The position numbers and the translations under genes were made by a program. Below, piece by piece: positions 38,701-47,251 of a stretch of DNA of 64,000 nt (the stretch's first letter is position 1; the number at the start of each line of letters is the position of its first letter). Below the pieces are notes generated by a model. It saw only the letters and a list, made by a program, of their open reading frames with translations, was not told the DNA's origin and did no database searches. The DNA comes from an uncultured Candidatus Saccharibacteria bacterium (GTDB lineage Bacteria; Patescibacteriota; Minisyncoccia; Phycocordibacterales; UBA918), in NCBI GenBank assembly GCA_964643955.1, contig CAZXUO010000004.1, forward strand, positions 3,882-67,881, read 5' to 3'.

Positions 38701-38822
38701 CAAGAGGTGATGTGTATCGGAATGTGGTGGAGAATATCGCCACTGCATTCCGGGCCGCATCGTGCGGAGGCCGGACGCAGGGGGAGTCCTGCGAAGATCT
38801 TAGATAAAAGGGGAGAGTGACA

Positions 38823-39032
38823 ATGGCAAAAGGAGACCCGCTGCTTTCAAGAGGTGACTATGGAGTCGTGAACGCGGAATGTCCGCCGGAACCGGTGGAC
38901 ATTCTCGCAGGGCAGAAGTCGGCCGATAGCACGGTTCGGCCGCAGAGCTCGGTGGCAGTCGCAAAGCCTCGTCCTTCCCGGAGATCCAAGGAGATGGGGT
39001 GGATCAGGGGCTGGGAAAGCCGTATGGACTGA
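38823..39032 (+). CDS. Small hypothetical protein (69 aa)
   Basis: AGGGGAG SD ~7 nt before ATG. Confidence 0.45.
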   Translation: MAKGDPLLSRGDYGVVNAECPPEPVDILAGQKSADSTVRPQSSVAVAKPRPSRRSKEMGWIRGWESRMD

Positions 39033-39054
39033 ATTGACCTGAGGAGAGAAGGAT

Positions 39055-39234
39055 ATGGACGACGGATTTGAGGGCGATCGGAGCAGCGATCCGGTCGCGG
39101 GTGTACGGCTCGCATTGCGGGACTTCAAAGGAGTCAGGCGTGGGCCCGATGGGCAGCCGCTTGATCAGGAGGTTCGCCCGACCGGTGGGATTCTCGAAGA
39201 GCTCGAGAAGCATCCCGGCGCAGCAGGAGTGTGA
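39055..39234 (+). CDS. Small hypothetical protein (59 aa; not in ORF track)
   Basis: GAGGAG SD; MDDGFEGDRSSDPVAGVRLALRDFKG...GAAGV*. Confidence 0.45.
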   Translation: MDDGFEGDRSSDPVAGVRLALRDFKGVRRGPDGQPLDQEVRPTGGILEELEKHPGAAGV

Positions 39235-39244
39235 GGAGGGACTC

Positions 39245-39475
39245 ATGTCGGAAGAAAATCGTGGACCGTCGGAGGATACGCTCTCAGGAGCTACCCCGGC
39301 AGAGTCCTTGGAAGAGGGTCCGGATGCGCTGCAGGTTCCGCTGAACGTCGGCGAACGTGAGAGCGTCTACTTTGTTCGCGGAGCCGGTGTTCGGCCGCCG
39401 GTCGGAGGAGGTACTCCTCGGCGCGGCGACGTGTGCTGGGGCGGTCGCCCTGGCGGACATGGTCCGGCACGGTGA
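39245..39475 (+). CDS. Small hypothetical protein (76 aa)
   Basis: GAGGAGGG SD overlapping previous stop; followed by hairpins at 39482, 39550 and 39584. Confidence 0.45.
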   Translation: MSEENRGPSEDTLSGATPAESLEEGPDALQVPLNVGERESVYFVRGAGVRPPVGGGTPRRGDVCWGGRPGGHGPAR

Positions 39476-39619
39476 TGGCTTGGCGCAGCGTTCCGAAGGA
39501 ACGTTGCGCCACCCCTTCGTTTGCACAAAAACACGACGAGACGATACTGGTGCCCGAGCTTCTCGGGCGCTATTTTTATATATACGAAAACCGCGCGGCC
39601 TTTGGCCGCGCGGTTTTCG

Positions 39620-39775
39620 TTTTTGTCGTGTATCACCGTAGTGAGACACGTTCTCCAAAAAAGAACAGAATCCCCAACACAAGCAGTGGTTCGAGCTCCT
39701 CTGGGGGAGAGGTTCAAACCGCTTCCTGCGGTCTTCCTTCGTATGCAGCATGCGTTCGCATACGAGGGTGACAAG
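39620..39775 (-). ncRNA. Candidate multi-hairpin ncRNA (~155 nt)
   Basis: Promoter TTGCCT-N16-TAGTAT (39808-39781); ends pair (TTGTC/GACAA); c(UACG)g tetraloop; G.U pairs on minus strand; terminator 39584-39620. Confidence 0.5.
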
Positions 39776-39839
39776 GGTCTATACTACCGCACCATTAAAA
39801 TCAGGCAACCTTTTTGTTGTGGATGACTCTGCGAGTTTG

Positions 39840-40928
39840 CTATTCGTCTAGGTGTTGCATGAGGAAATCACGTAAGTGTGGTGCAAGTGTTTCTTGAAAG
39901 GTCTGTGCGCGGAGCGGTATGTCGCCCGCGAGTGTGTGCGAGAGGTCGAGTCCCGTTTCTGTTTTCAATGTACGGTCGATGTAGGGGAGTGTGAGCGCGC
40001 GAAGACTTTTGATTCCTTCAAGTTCGGGATTGCCGCGTGTGACGATGAGTCCGACCACCGCTCCTTCATCACTCACAATAGGTCCGCCGGATGAGCCTTG
40101 CTGTCCGACGTCTGAAGGCGCAATGCCAACGAGGTCGATTGATCCTGAGTGAAAGGTGAAGAGGCGGGTGATGCTTGTGGTGGCTATCGCGGGAATGAGT
40201 GCACCGTGCGCGTCGCGCTCAGTGAGCATTTCCGCAGGATATCCTGCGACGCGCACGGACGTTGGGTCGAAGGCCTCGTCGAGTACAAGTGGTGGCAACG
40301 CAGGAAATGATGACGGCAATTCACCATCGAGTGATGTGGTCACGTAGAGCAGCGCGAAGTCACGCTCGCCAGTACCTGATGGCTTATCGGCATAGAGTTG
40401 GTGCGCATTTTGTTCAATCCACGTCGGAGAGATGTAGAGGAGTGACGCTTCATATTTTGAGACTGCAGGATTTCCTTGGCGAATAGTACAGGTTGTCTCA
40501 GTATCTTCGACCGTTCCTGCAAGAAGAAGGAATTGCGCGACGTGTGCATTGGTGAGGATGATACCGTCTGAATCAATGAAAACACCGCTGCCGGTCGTTG
40601 CGCGGACTTTCTTTCCGGTATGCGCCGTGCAGAAGATGTTGACGAGCGCATCTTCGATAGAAACGCTCGGTACAGCGCTCGTTGCTGATACCGCGTCGAT
40701 CGTCGAGGCTTGCTGGTAGCGGGTATCGCGCTGGAGCTGTTCGGTAATGAGTGTGTTGATGCCAAGAAGTGGCGAGGTGGTGTCAGAAGGAGCTTCTATG
40801 TACGAAATATCGTAGGGACTTTCGTGCGGCCAGTATTTGGTGAGAAGATTAGCGGCACCATTTGAGAGAGCGATAAATGCAGTGAGGAGCGCGACAATCG
40901 CATCTTTTGCAATGTCCAAGTGGAACAT
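39840..40928 (-). CDS. Trypsin-like serine protease, exported
   Basis: GSGV, ILTNAHV, DFALL, GSSGGP. Confidence 0.88.
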   Translation of the reverse strand: MFHLDIAKDAIVALLTAFIALSNGAANLLTKYWPHESPYDISYIEAPSDTTSPLLGINTLITEQLQRDTRYQQASTIDAVSATSAVPSVSIEDALVNIFCTAHTGKKVRATTGSGVFIDSDGIILTNAHVAQFLLLAGTVEDTETTCTIRQGNPAVSKYEASLLYISPTWIEQNAHQLYADKPSGTGERDFALLYVTTSLDGELPSSFPALPPLVLDEAFDPTSVRVAGYPAEMLTERDAHGALIPAIATTSITRLFTFHSGSIDLVGIAPSDVGQQGSSGGPIVSDEGAVVGLIVTRGNPELEGIKSLRALTLPYIDRTLKTETGLDLSHTLAGDIPLRAQTFQETLAPHLRDFLMQHLDE

Positions 40929-41120
40929 GGTGCGTCCAGTATAGCATCGGTGCTGTTTCTTTTGACAAAGGAGTGGTCTGTGGACTAATGCATGCTACCC
41001 GTATAAGTAGGGTATACTGTTTGGGTAATACGCATATGGTATGCGTATTTTATTTGTCAGTGCTCTTTTTGAATTTTGTGCGTACTGCGCACATTCTGGA
41101 AGAGATAATCGGAATAAAAT

Positions 41121-41252
41121 ATGATCAATTTCTTTGACGGTGAGGAGCCAGCAATGGATCCAGTTGATGAGCCGGCAGAAGAAGGTGCAGCGCCTACTGA
41201 GGGCGGTGAGGTAGCAATGCCAGCCGAAGACGGGGCGATGCCAGCTGCGTAA
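41121..41252 (+). CDS. Small acidic protein (MINFF-, 43 aa; not in ORF track)
   Basis: MINFFDGEEPAMDPVDEPAEEGAAPTEGGEVAMPAEDGAMPAA*; terminator follows at ~41263-41297. Confidence 0.6.
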   Translation: MINFFDGEEPAMDPVDEPAEEGAAPTEGGEVAMPAEDGAMPAA

Positions 41253-41356
41253 GCATGCTATATAAAAGCCGCGCGCCCTTTGGGCGCGCGGCTTTTAGTA
41301 TGCTGTATTTTTTCCCATAAAATGCTAAAATCGTGGTGCTGTAGGAGGAAATATAC

Positions 41357-41427
41357 GCGGGATTAGTTTAATGGTAGAACATCAGTTTTCCAAACTGAGA
41401 GTAGGAGTTCGATTCCCCTATCCCGCA
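41357..41427 (+). tRNA. tRNA-Gly(TCC)
   Basis: GCGGGAT acceptor, TCAGT-TTTCCAA-ACTGA, GTTCGATTC. Confidence 0.93.
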
Positions 41428-41485
41428 CAACAAAAGAAAAGACCGGCCCTTTGGGCCGGTCTTTTCTTTTGTTGTTATGAAGGTG

Positions 41486-41580
41486 GGGGAATCGAAGGCT
41501 GGAGGTGCGCCCGCGTTGCGGGATGAAGCACTGAGGCGGGGTCGCGACCTTTTGCGAAGCAAAAGAGTTGTGACCGATTC
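41486..41580. repeat. tRNA-associated palindromic element
   Basis: Starts with GGGGAATCGAA (reverse complement of tRNA T arm 41408-41418); hairpin GGTCGCGAC-CTTTTGCGAAGCAAAAG-A-GTTGTGACC. Confidence 0.55.
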
Positions 41581-41662
41581 ACCTAGAAATTATGAAATAT
41601 TCTCGAAGAAGGTTGGCGGTAGGAGACGAAAAAGTTCTAACATCATCCCAGAATGGCCGTTC

Positions 41663-41805
41663 AAAAAAAAGCCCTGGTCTCCGGGGAGACTGGGCTTTTG
41701 GGGTCTCTATGCTCTTGTAGACGAGTCGGTATGTACACCAGATGTACATCATCCGACACGGACGACACCCAGAGGGCATATTTCGTAGCCATGGATGTAA
41801 TCGCT
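41663..41805 (-). ncRNA. Candidate ~140-nt sRNA
   Basis: TTGACA-N16-TATCAT promoter with extended TG (41837-41810); rod hairpin; terminator 41663-41699; flanked by 20-bp direct repeats. Confidence 0.45.
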
Positions 41806-41945
41806 CACTATGATAGCATATAAGAATATATTGTCAAGTACTTGTAAAAGTTCCAACATCACCCCGGTCGGGCATCTAATTTAAGAACCTCCTACCAACA
41901 AAAAGAGCCGGCATGCCGGCTCTTTTTGTGTGGTGATAGGAAGTC

Positions 41946-42221
41946 CTATCCTTTGACGGCGTCTTTCAATGCCTTTGCTGCGCGGAACTTTGGTACGCGC
42001 ATTGCAGGCACTTCGATCGTTTCGCCAGTGCGCGGATTGCGACCCTGACGTGCTGGGCGCATTTTTGCGGAGAAAATGCCCAAACCAGCGATCGAAACCT
42101 CTTTCCCGTCAGCAAGTGAATCAACAATGCAGGTAAGCATTGTTTCCACGGCGCGCTCAGCATCGGCCTTCGTGCCGGCAAGTGCCTCGTGGACCTTGTT
42201 GATTATTTCTGCCTTGTTCAT
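41946..42221 (-). CDS. hup: HU DNA-binding protein
   Basis: MNKAEII, GLGIF, RQGRNPRTGE, PKFRAAKALK. Confidence 0.96.
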   Translation of the reverse strand: MNKAEIINKVHEALAGTKADAERAVETMLTCIVDSLADGKEVSIAGLGIFSAKMRPARQGRNPRTGETIEVPAMRVPKFRAAKALKDAVKG

Positions 42222-42416
42222 ATGACCGTATTAAAGGTTTTGGATAATGGTCGAAGCGGCATCTCGTATGTCGCCACTGCCAAAAGTATGGCTAAAAACA
42301 TTATATAGGAGGGGATTTTGCCCGCAAGCAACTTGAACAACCCCTTCTTTGTGTGTCCTAATTTTTCCTGAAATAATCGTGGTGCTCATCGTGTTCGCCG
42401 TGTACAATACCCGCAT

Positions 42417-42974
42417 ATGAAAATTGGAGTTTCAGGCGCGCATGGAAGTTTTTCTGAGGAAGCTGGCGAGCGCTATGCGCGTGAAGCGCATGGTGGTGAA
42501 GCAGAAATTATTCCGCTCGTGAGCGTGGAGAACGTGCTTTCGGCGCTCGAAAAAGGGGAGATTGATCGGGGCGTGTTTCCGATTGAGAATTCAAATGGCG
42601 GTATCGTGATCGAAGCAGTCCATGCGATGGCAAAACATACGTTTACGATCGAAAAGATGTTTGAGATTGATGTACACCACACACTCCTCGTTGCTCCGGG
42701 CGTCAATGTAGATGAGATCACGGCGATCACTTCGCACGATCAAGCGCTCAAGCAGTGCCGGCAGTATTTGAAGCGCAAGTGGCCGGGCGTAGAAATCATT
42801 GAATATCCCGACACCGCAAAGGCAGCAAAAGATATTGCATCAGGTGAATTGCCACGCACGACTGCAGCGATTACGCCGAAGCGATGCGCCGAAATATACG
42901 GTCTCGATATTCTTGAAGAATCGATTCAGGATTTGAAATACAATTACACGATGTTTATCGTGGCAACGAAGTAG
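42417..42974 (+). CDS. pheA: Prephenate dehydratase catalytic domain only (no ACT domain)
   Basis: G..GSFSE, PIENS, SHxQALxQC, IQD..N.T.F. Confidence 0.8.
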   Translation: MKIGVSGAHGSFSEEAGERYAREAHGGEAEIIPLVSVENVLSALEKGEIDRGVFPIENSNGGIVIEAVHAMAKHTFTIEKMFEIDVHHTLLVAPGVNVDEITAITSHDQALKQCRQYLKRKWPGVEIIEYPDTAKAAKDIASGELPRTTAAITPKRCAEIYGLDILEESIQDLKYNYTMFIVATK

Positions 42975-43243
42975 GCCCGGGCGAATGCCCGGGCCTGGTG
43001 GTATTTCTGCAGGAGGGCTGCAGAATAGATTGCGATGAGTGCGGTCGCGCAGAACCCAGCGTATAGCGCTCCTGCGTAGATAAGAATCATCACCAGCCCC
43101 TCCGATGGGTGAAGTACGTCCGCCGGTTGCTGCGCGCAAGGATGTACCACACGGCGAAGATGAGTCCGATAAATCCGTATATGACGAGGAGATCATCGAC
43201 ATTGCTCCTAGCATTTCCTCCTTCTGCGAAAAGCGTACCACTC

Positions 43244-44773
43244 CTATCGCGCGTATTCAATTGCGCGGGATTCGCGAATGACGTTGACTTTAATTTCGCC
43301 CGGATACTTGAGTTCCGCCTCTACTTTGCGCGCGATGCTCTTTGCGACTTCATGTGCCTCGAGGTCGGTCATTGATTCGGGATTGACGAGTACGCGTATC
43401 TCGCGGCCGGCTTGGATTGCAAATGCTTTCTCAACGCCCTTCATGCTCGTGGCGATTGCTTCGAGCTCCTCGAGTCGCTTGATGTAGTTTTCGAGCGAGT
43501 CACGGCGTGCACCGGGGCGTCCGCCCGAGATCGCGTCGGCAACCTGCACGATAATCGACTCAGGTGTTTCGTACGGATACTCTTCGTGGTGCGCCTGCAT
43601 CGCTTTGATGACGTCTTCATGCACGCCGTACTTCTGGAGGATGCGACGGCCGAGCTCGACATGCGTCCCTTCCACCTCGTGACTCACTGCTTTGCCGATG
43701 TCATGCAACAGTGCGCCTGCTTTTGCGACGTCTATGTTTGCGCCGACTTCTGCAGCGATGATTGCCGCGATGTGCGCCATCTCAACCGAGTGCCATAGTA
43801 CATTTTGGCCGTAGCTCGTGCGGTAGTGGAGTCGTCCGAGAATGCGGATGAGATCGGGATGGAGATTTGAAATACCGCATTCAAATGCAGCTTTTTCTCC
43901 CATCTTGCGCATCGTCTCAGATACTTCTGTCTGCGCCTTTTTCACAAATTCCTCAATCTTTGCCGGTTGAATACGGCCATCGGTGATGAGTGCGGCAAGT
44001 GCGGTGCGTGCGATCTCGCGGCGCATCGGATCAAAGGATGAGAGGGTGATGTATCCGGGCTGATCATCGATCAAGACATCAACGCCGGTTGCGCGCTCAA
44101 ACGCACGCACGTTGCGGCCTTCTTTTCCGATGATCTTTCCTTTGACATCGTCTGAGGGAATCTCGAGTGTTGCGGTCATCGTCTCGGGTTTGACTGTATT
44201 GCCGATGCGGTGTATTGCTGACACGATGATGTCGCGCGCTTTTGCTTCGAGCTTGTCCATACCAAAGACTTCGAGCTTCTGCATACGTACGAGTAGGTCG
44301 TCTTCGTACTCGCGCTCGGTGCGCTTCATGATTTCTTCTCGCGCTTCTTCCTGTGTGAGTTTCGCAATTTCAGCAATGCGGGCGTCCACGCTTTCTGCCC
44401 GCTCGTCGAGCCGCGTTTTGATGGTTTTGATTTCTTCGATTTTCGCGCGCACTGACTCGACTTCTGAGTCGAGATCCATCTGGCGCTTGTCGAGCATCTC
44501 TTCTTTCTTCACGAGGCGCTCTTCGGTACGAAGCAAGCGTTCCTCAGTATCTTTGAGGCGCTGTTTCGCGTCGTCTTCAAGCGCGGTTGCGCGTGCGAGC
44601 GCTTCGTCGAGTAGGCGAGTTGTTTCTTCTTTTGTATCGACGAGCTTTTGTTTTATTTCAAGCTCAATCGACCCTTTCTTTCCAAGTGCATGCAGGTATC
44701 GCAGGTAGTACCCGAGTCCGATGCTTGCGATTGCCGTTGCGGCAAATCCAAGCAGTGTAACGATAAACATATG
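43244..44773 (-). CDS. rny: Ribonuclease Y
   Basis: N-terminal TM, coiled coil, KH (KGKIIGKEGRN), HD (RTSYGQN, LLHDIGK), RPGAR. Confidence 0.96.
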   Translation of the reverse strand, partial: HMFIVTLLGFAATAIASIGLGYYLRYLHALGKKGSIELEIKQKLVDTKEETTRLLDEALARATALEDDAKQRLKDTEERLLRTEERLVKKEEMLDKRQMDLDSEVESVRAKIEEIKTIKTRLDERAESVDARIAEIAKLTQEEAREEIMKRTEREYEDDLLVRMQKLEVFGMDKLEAKARDIIVSAIHRIGNTVKPETMTATLEIPSDDVKGKIIGKEGRNVRAFERATGVDVLIDDQPGYITLSSFDPMRREIARTALAALITDGRIQPAKIEEFVKKAQTEVSETMRKMGEKAAFECGISNLHPDLIRILGRLHYRTSYGQNVLWHSVEMAHIAAIIAAEVGANIDVAKAGALLHDIGKAVSHEVEGTHVELGRRILQKYGVHEDVIKAMQAHHEEYPYETPESIIVQVADAISGGRPGARRDSLENYIKRLEELEAIATSMKGVEKAFAIQAGREIRVLVNPESMTDLEAHEVAKSIARKVEAELKYPGEIKVNVIRESRAIEYAR

Positions 44774-44998
44774 ATTCAATGACCGGCGTTCGTATGAGGT
44801 CGAGCAAACGAGAGGAAGGGGGCGTGCGGGTAAGGGCGGTCATTCGGGAGTGGCGGGAGGTCGGCAGTATTCGTCCGAGCGTCGTGTCGATAATTACAAA
44901 TAAATCAGCACCATCACCGTACCACCCATTTTTTCCTGTGTAAATAGAGCGGTATTTCGTGTGCTCGCGTGTTTCTGGAAGAGGAATATACTGAGGAT

Positions 44999-46138
44999 AT
45001 GGAACCGCTCGCACACCGACTCCGGCCGAAGACGCTCGATGAATTTGTCGGGCAGACGCACCTCGTAGGCGAGGGCAAGCCGATTCGCGTTGCGATCGAA
45101 GAACAGCACCGCTTCTCGTTTATTCTCTGGGGGCCGCCGGGTGTGGGAAAGACAACGCTCGCGCGCATGTACGCCGACGCGATTGGCGCGCAGTTTTTTG
45201 AGCTCTCCGCGGTGTCTGCAGGGAAGGCCGACGTAAAAAAGATCATTGATACTGAGGGTGGCGAGATGCCGAAGGTACTTTTTCTTGATGAGATTCACCG
45301 TTTCAATAAAGCGCAGCAGGATTTCCTTTTGCCGTATGTCGAGACCGGTGCGCTCACACTCATTGGTGCCACAACTGAGAATCCGAGCTTTGAAGTGATA
45401 CCAGCGCTTCTCTCACGCTGTCGCGTGTTTGTGCTCAATGAGCTCGGCGAAGATGAGATGCGCGCGATTATCAAACGGACGAAGATTAAGCTTGATAAAA
45501 AAGCGGCGGACTGGCTCATCGAGATGGTGCGCGGCGATGCGCGACAAGCGCTCGCGATGCTTGAAAATACCGAGAAGCTCTATGGAAAGGTGACGGTCGA
45601 AACGCTTACGCAGATGCTCCAAAATACGCACCTGCGGTACGACAAGAAAGGCGAAGAACACTACAACACTATTTCTGCATTCATTAAAAGCATGCGCGCA
45701 TCGCAGCCGGATGCCGCGCTCTACTATCTCGCACGCATGGTGGAAGCGGGAGAGGATCCGAAGTTTATTGCGCGGCGCATGGTGATATTCGCGTCAGAAG
45801 ATATCGGACTTGCGCAGCCGACGGCGCTCGTCGTCGCAAACGAGGTGTTTCGTGCGGTTGAGATGATTGGGTATCCAGAGTGCGCGATCAATCTTGCGCA
45901 CGGTGTTTCATACCTTGCGCTCGCAAAGAAAGATCGGAGCTCGTATGACGCATACTTTGCTGCGGTCGATGATGTGAAGCGGCACGGCAATCTCCCGATA
46001 CCAATGGCGGTCCGCAATGCGCCGACGAAACTGATGAAAGAGCTTGGATATCACGAAGGATATGAGATGTATACCGATAAAAGTTACTTACCAGAGAAGT
46101 TGAAAGGGAAGAGGTATTTGAAACGGAAAGAGGATTAA
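44999..46138 (+). CDS. rarA: Replication-associated recombination protein A (MgsA)
   Basis: [40 protein letters not shown]; start ATG 44999. Confidence 0.96.
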   Translation: MEPLAHRLRPKTLDEFVGQTHLVGEGKPIRVAIEEQHRFSFILWGPPGVGKTTLARMYADAIGAQFFELSAVSAGKADVKKIIDTEGGEMPKVLFLDEIHRFNKAQQDFLLPYVETGALTLIGATTENPSFEVIPALLSRCRVFVLNELGEDEMRAIIKRTKIKLDKKAADWLIEMVRGDARQALAMLENTEKLYGKVTVETLTQMLQNTHLRYDKKGEEHYNTISAFIKSMRASQPDAALYYLARMVEAGEDPKFIARRMVIFASEDIGLAQPTALVVANEVFRAVEMIGYPECAINLAHGVSYLALAKKDRSSYDAYFAAVDDVKRHGNLPIPMAVRNAPTKLMKELGYHEGYEMYTDKSYLPEKLKGKRYLKRKED

Positions 46139-46183
46139 ACAAAACCCCCGCGCCGAAGGCGCGGGGGTTTTTAGTTTGTGTTG

Positions 46184-46792
46184 CTATTTATATACTTCGT
46201 CGATGATGCCGTACTTCTTTGCTTCGTCTGCAGTCATGAAGAAGTCGCGGTCAACATCTTTTTCAATCTGAGCGAGGGTCTTACCCGTTGCTTTTGCGAG
46301 CATCTTGTTGAGACGATCGCGCGTTGCGAGGATGTGTCGCGCAGTGATCTCAATGTCAGACGCCTGACCTTGTGCGCCGCCGAGTGGCTGATGGATCATC
46401 ACTTCGGCGTTGGGAAGCGCAAAACGCTTTCCCTTTGCGCCTTGCGAGAGGACGAGCGCTCCGCCTGAGGCAGCCATACCGACTACGACCGTCGCTACGT
46501 CCGGCTTCACGTGATGCATCGTGTCGATCATCGCGAGTGTCGAAGAGACGCTACCTCCAGGAGAGTTGATGTAGAGGAAGATGTCTTTCTTTGGATCCTC
46601 AGCCTCAAGGAAGAGCAGCTGTGCGACTACGAGGTTTGCAATGTGATCGTCGATTGGGCCGGTGAGGAAAATGATGCGTTCTTTGAGGAGGCGCGAGAAG
46701 ATATCGAACGCGCGCTCGCCGAACTGCGTCTTCTCAATGACCATCGGCACTAATTGTGCCGTGATTGGTGTGTGTGTTTCTTGGTTTTTCAT
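46184..46792 (-). CDS. clpP: Clp protease proteolytic subunit
   Basis: [30 protein letters not shown]. Confidence 0.97.
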   Translation of the reverse strand: MKNQETHTPITAQLVPMVIEKTQFGERAFDIFSRLLKERIIFLTGPIDDHIANLVVAQLLFLEAEDPKKDIFLYINSPGGSVSSTLAMIDTMHHVKPDVATVVVGMAASGGALVLSQGAKGKRFALPNAEVMIHQPLGGAQGQASDIEITARHILATRDRLNKMLAKATGKTLAQIEKDVDRDFFMTADEAKKYGIIDEVYK

Positions 46793-46880
46793 ACGGCCGC
46801 ATCATAGCAGATTTTTGGATGTTTGTAATATGGATCCCTTTTTGTATACTGCGAGCAGAAACGTTTTTGGGGAGGCATTC

Positions 46881-47198
46881 ATGTCGGCACTTTGGGAGAT
46901 GGTGCTCGCGTTTGGTCTTCTCGCGGCACTCGCGTTGTTCATATATGTTGGGGGCCTTACGCTCCTTCTACTTTTCGGAAATGAATACGCATATCGGCGA
47001 AATTGGGAGCTCTTGAAAATCATCAAGAAACTTCATCAAGGACATGTCGACAGAGATTCTCCGGAATACGCGCAGTTGCTCAATTTTCAGGAAGAAGGTG
47101 TCGTGCGGATGTATCCGCTCATCGATACGAGTACGAATCAGTGGGTCGTACGCGCCTCGCTCACACGGAGCGCGGTAGCAGAGGTCTTTTGGAGGTAG
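46881..47198 (+). CDS. Hypothetical membrane protein
   Basis: GGGGAGG SD before ATG; N-terminal TM; inserted antisense between tig and clpP. Confidence 0.55.
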   Translation: MSALWEMVLAFGLLAALALFIYVGGLTLLLLFGNEYAYRRNWELLKIIKKLHQGHVDRDSPEYAQLLNFQEEGVVRMYPLIDTSTNQWVVRASLTRSAVAEVFWR

Positions 47199-47251
47199 AC
47201 GAAAAACCGGTGGGCGCGCATGCGCGCCCACCGGTTCTTCTGTGTCTGAGT

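Noticed and set aside
30424-41896. Recurrent intergenic GTAGGAGG (30424, 38544, 41341, 41619, reverse at ~41889)
   Set aside because: Short, also found inside CDSs, and not positioned as an SD; cannot be separated from chance without counts
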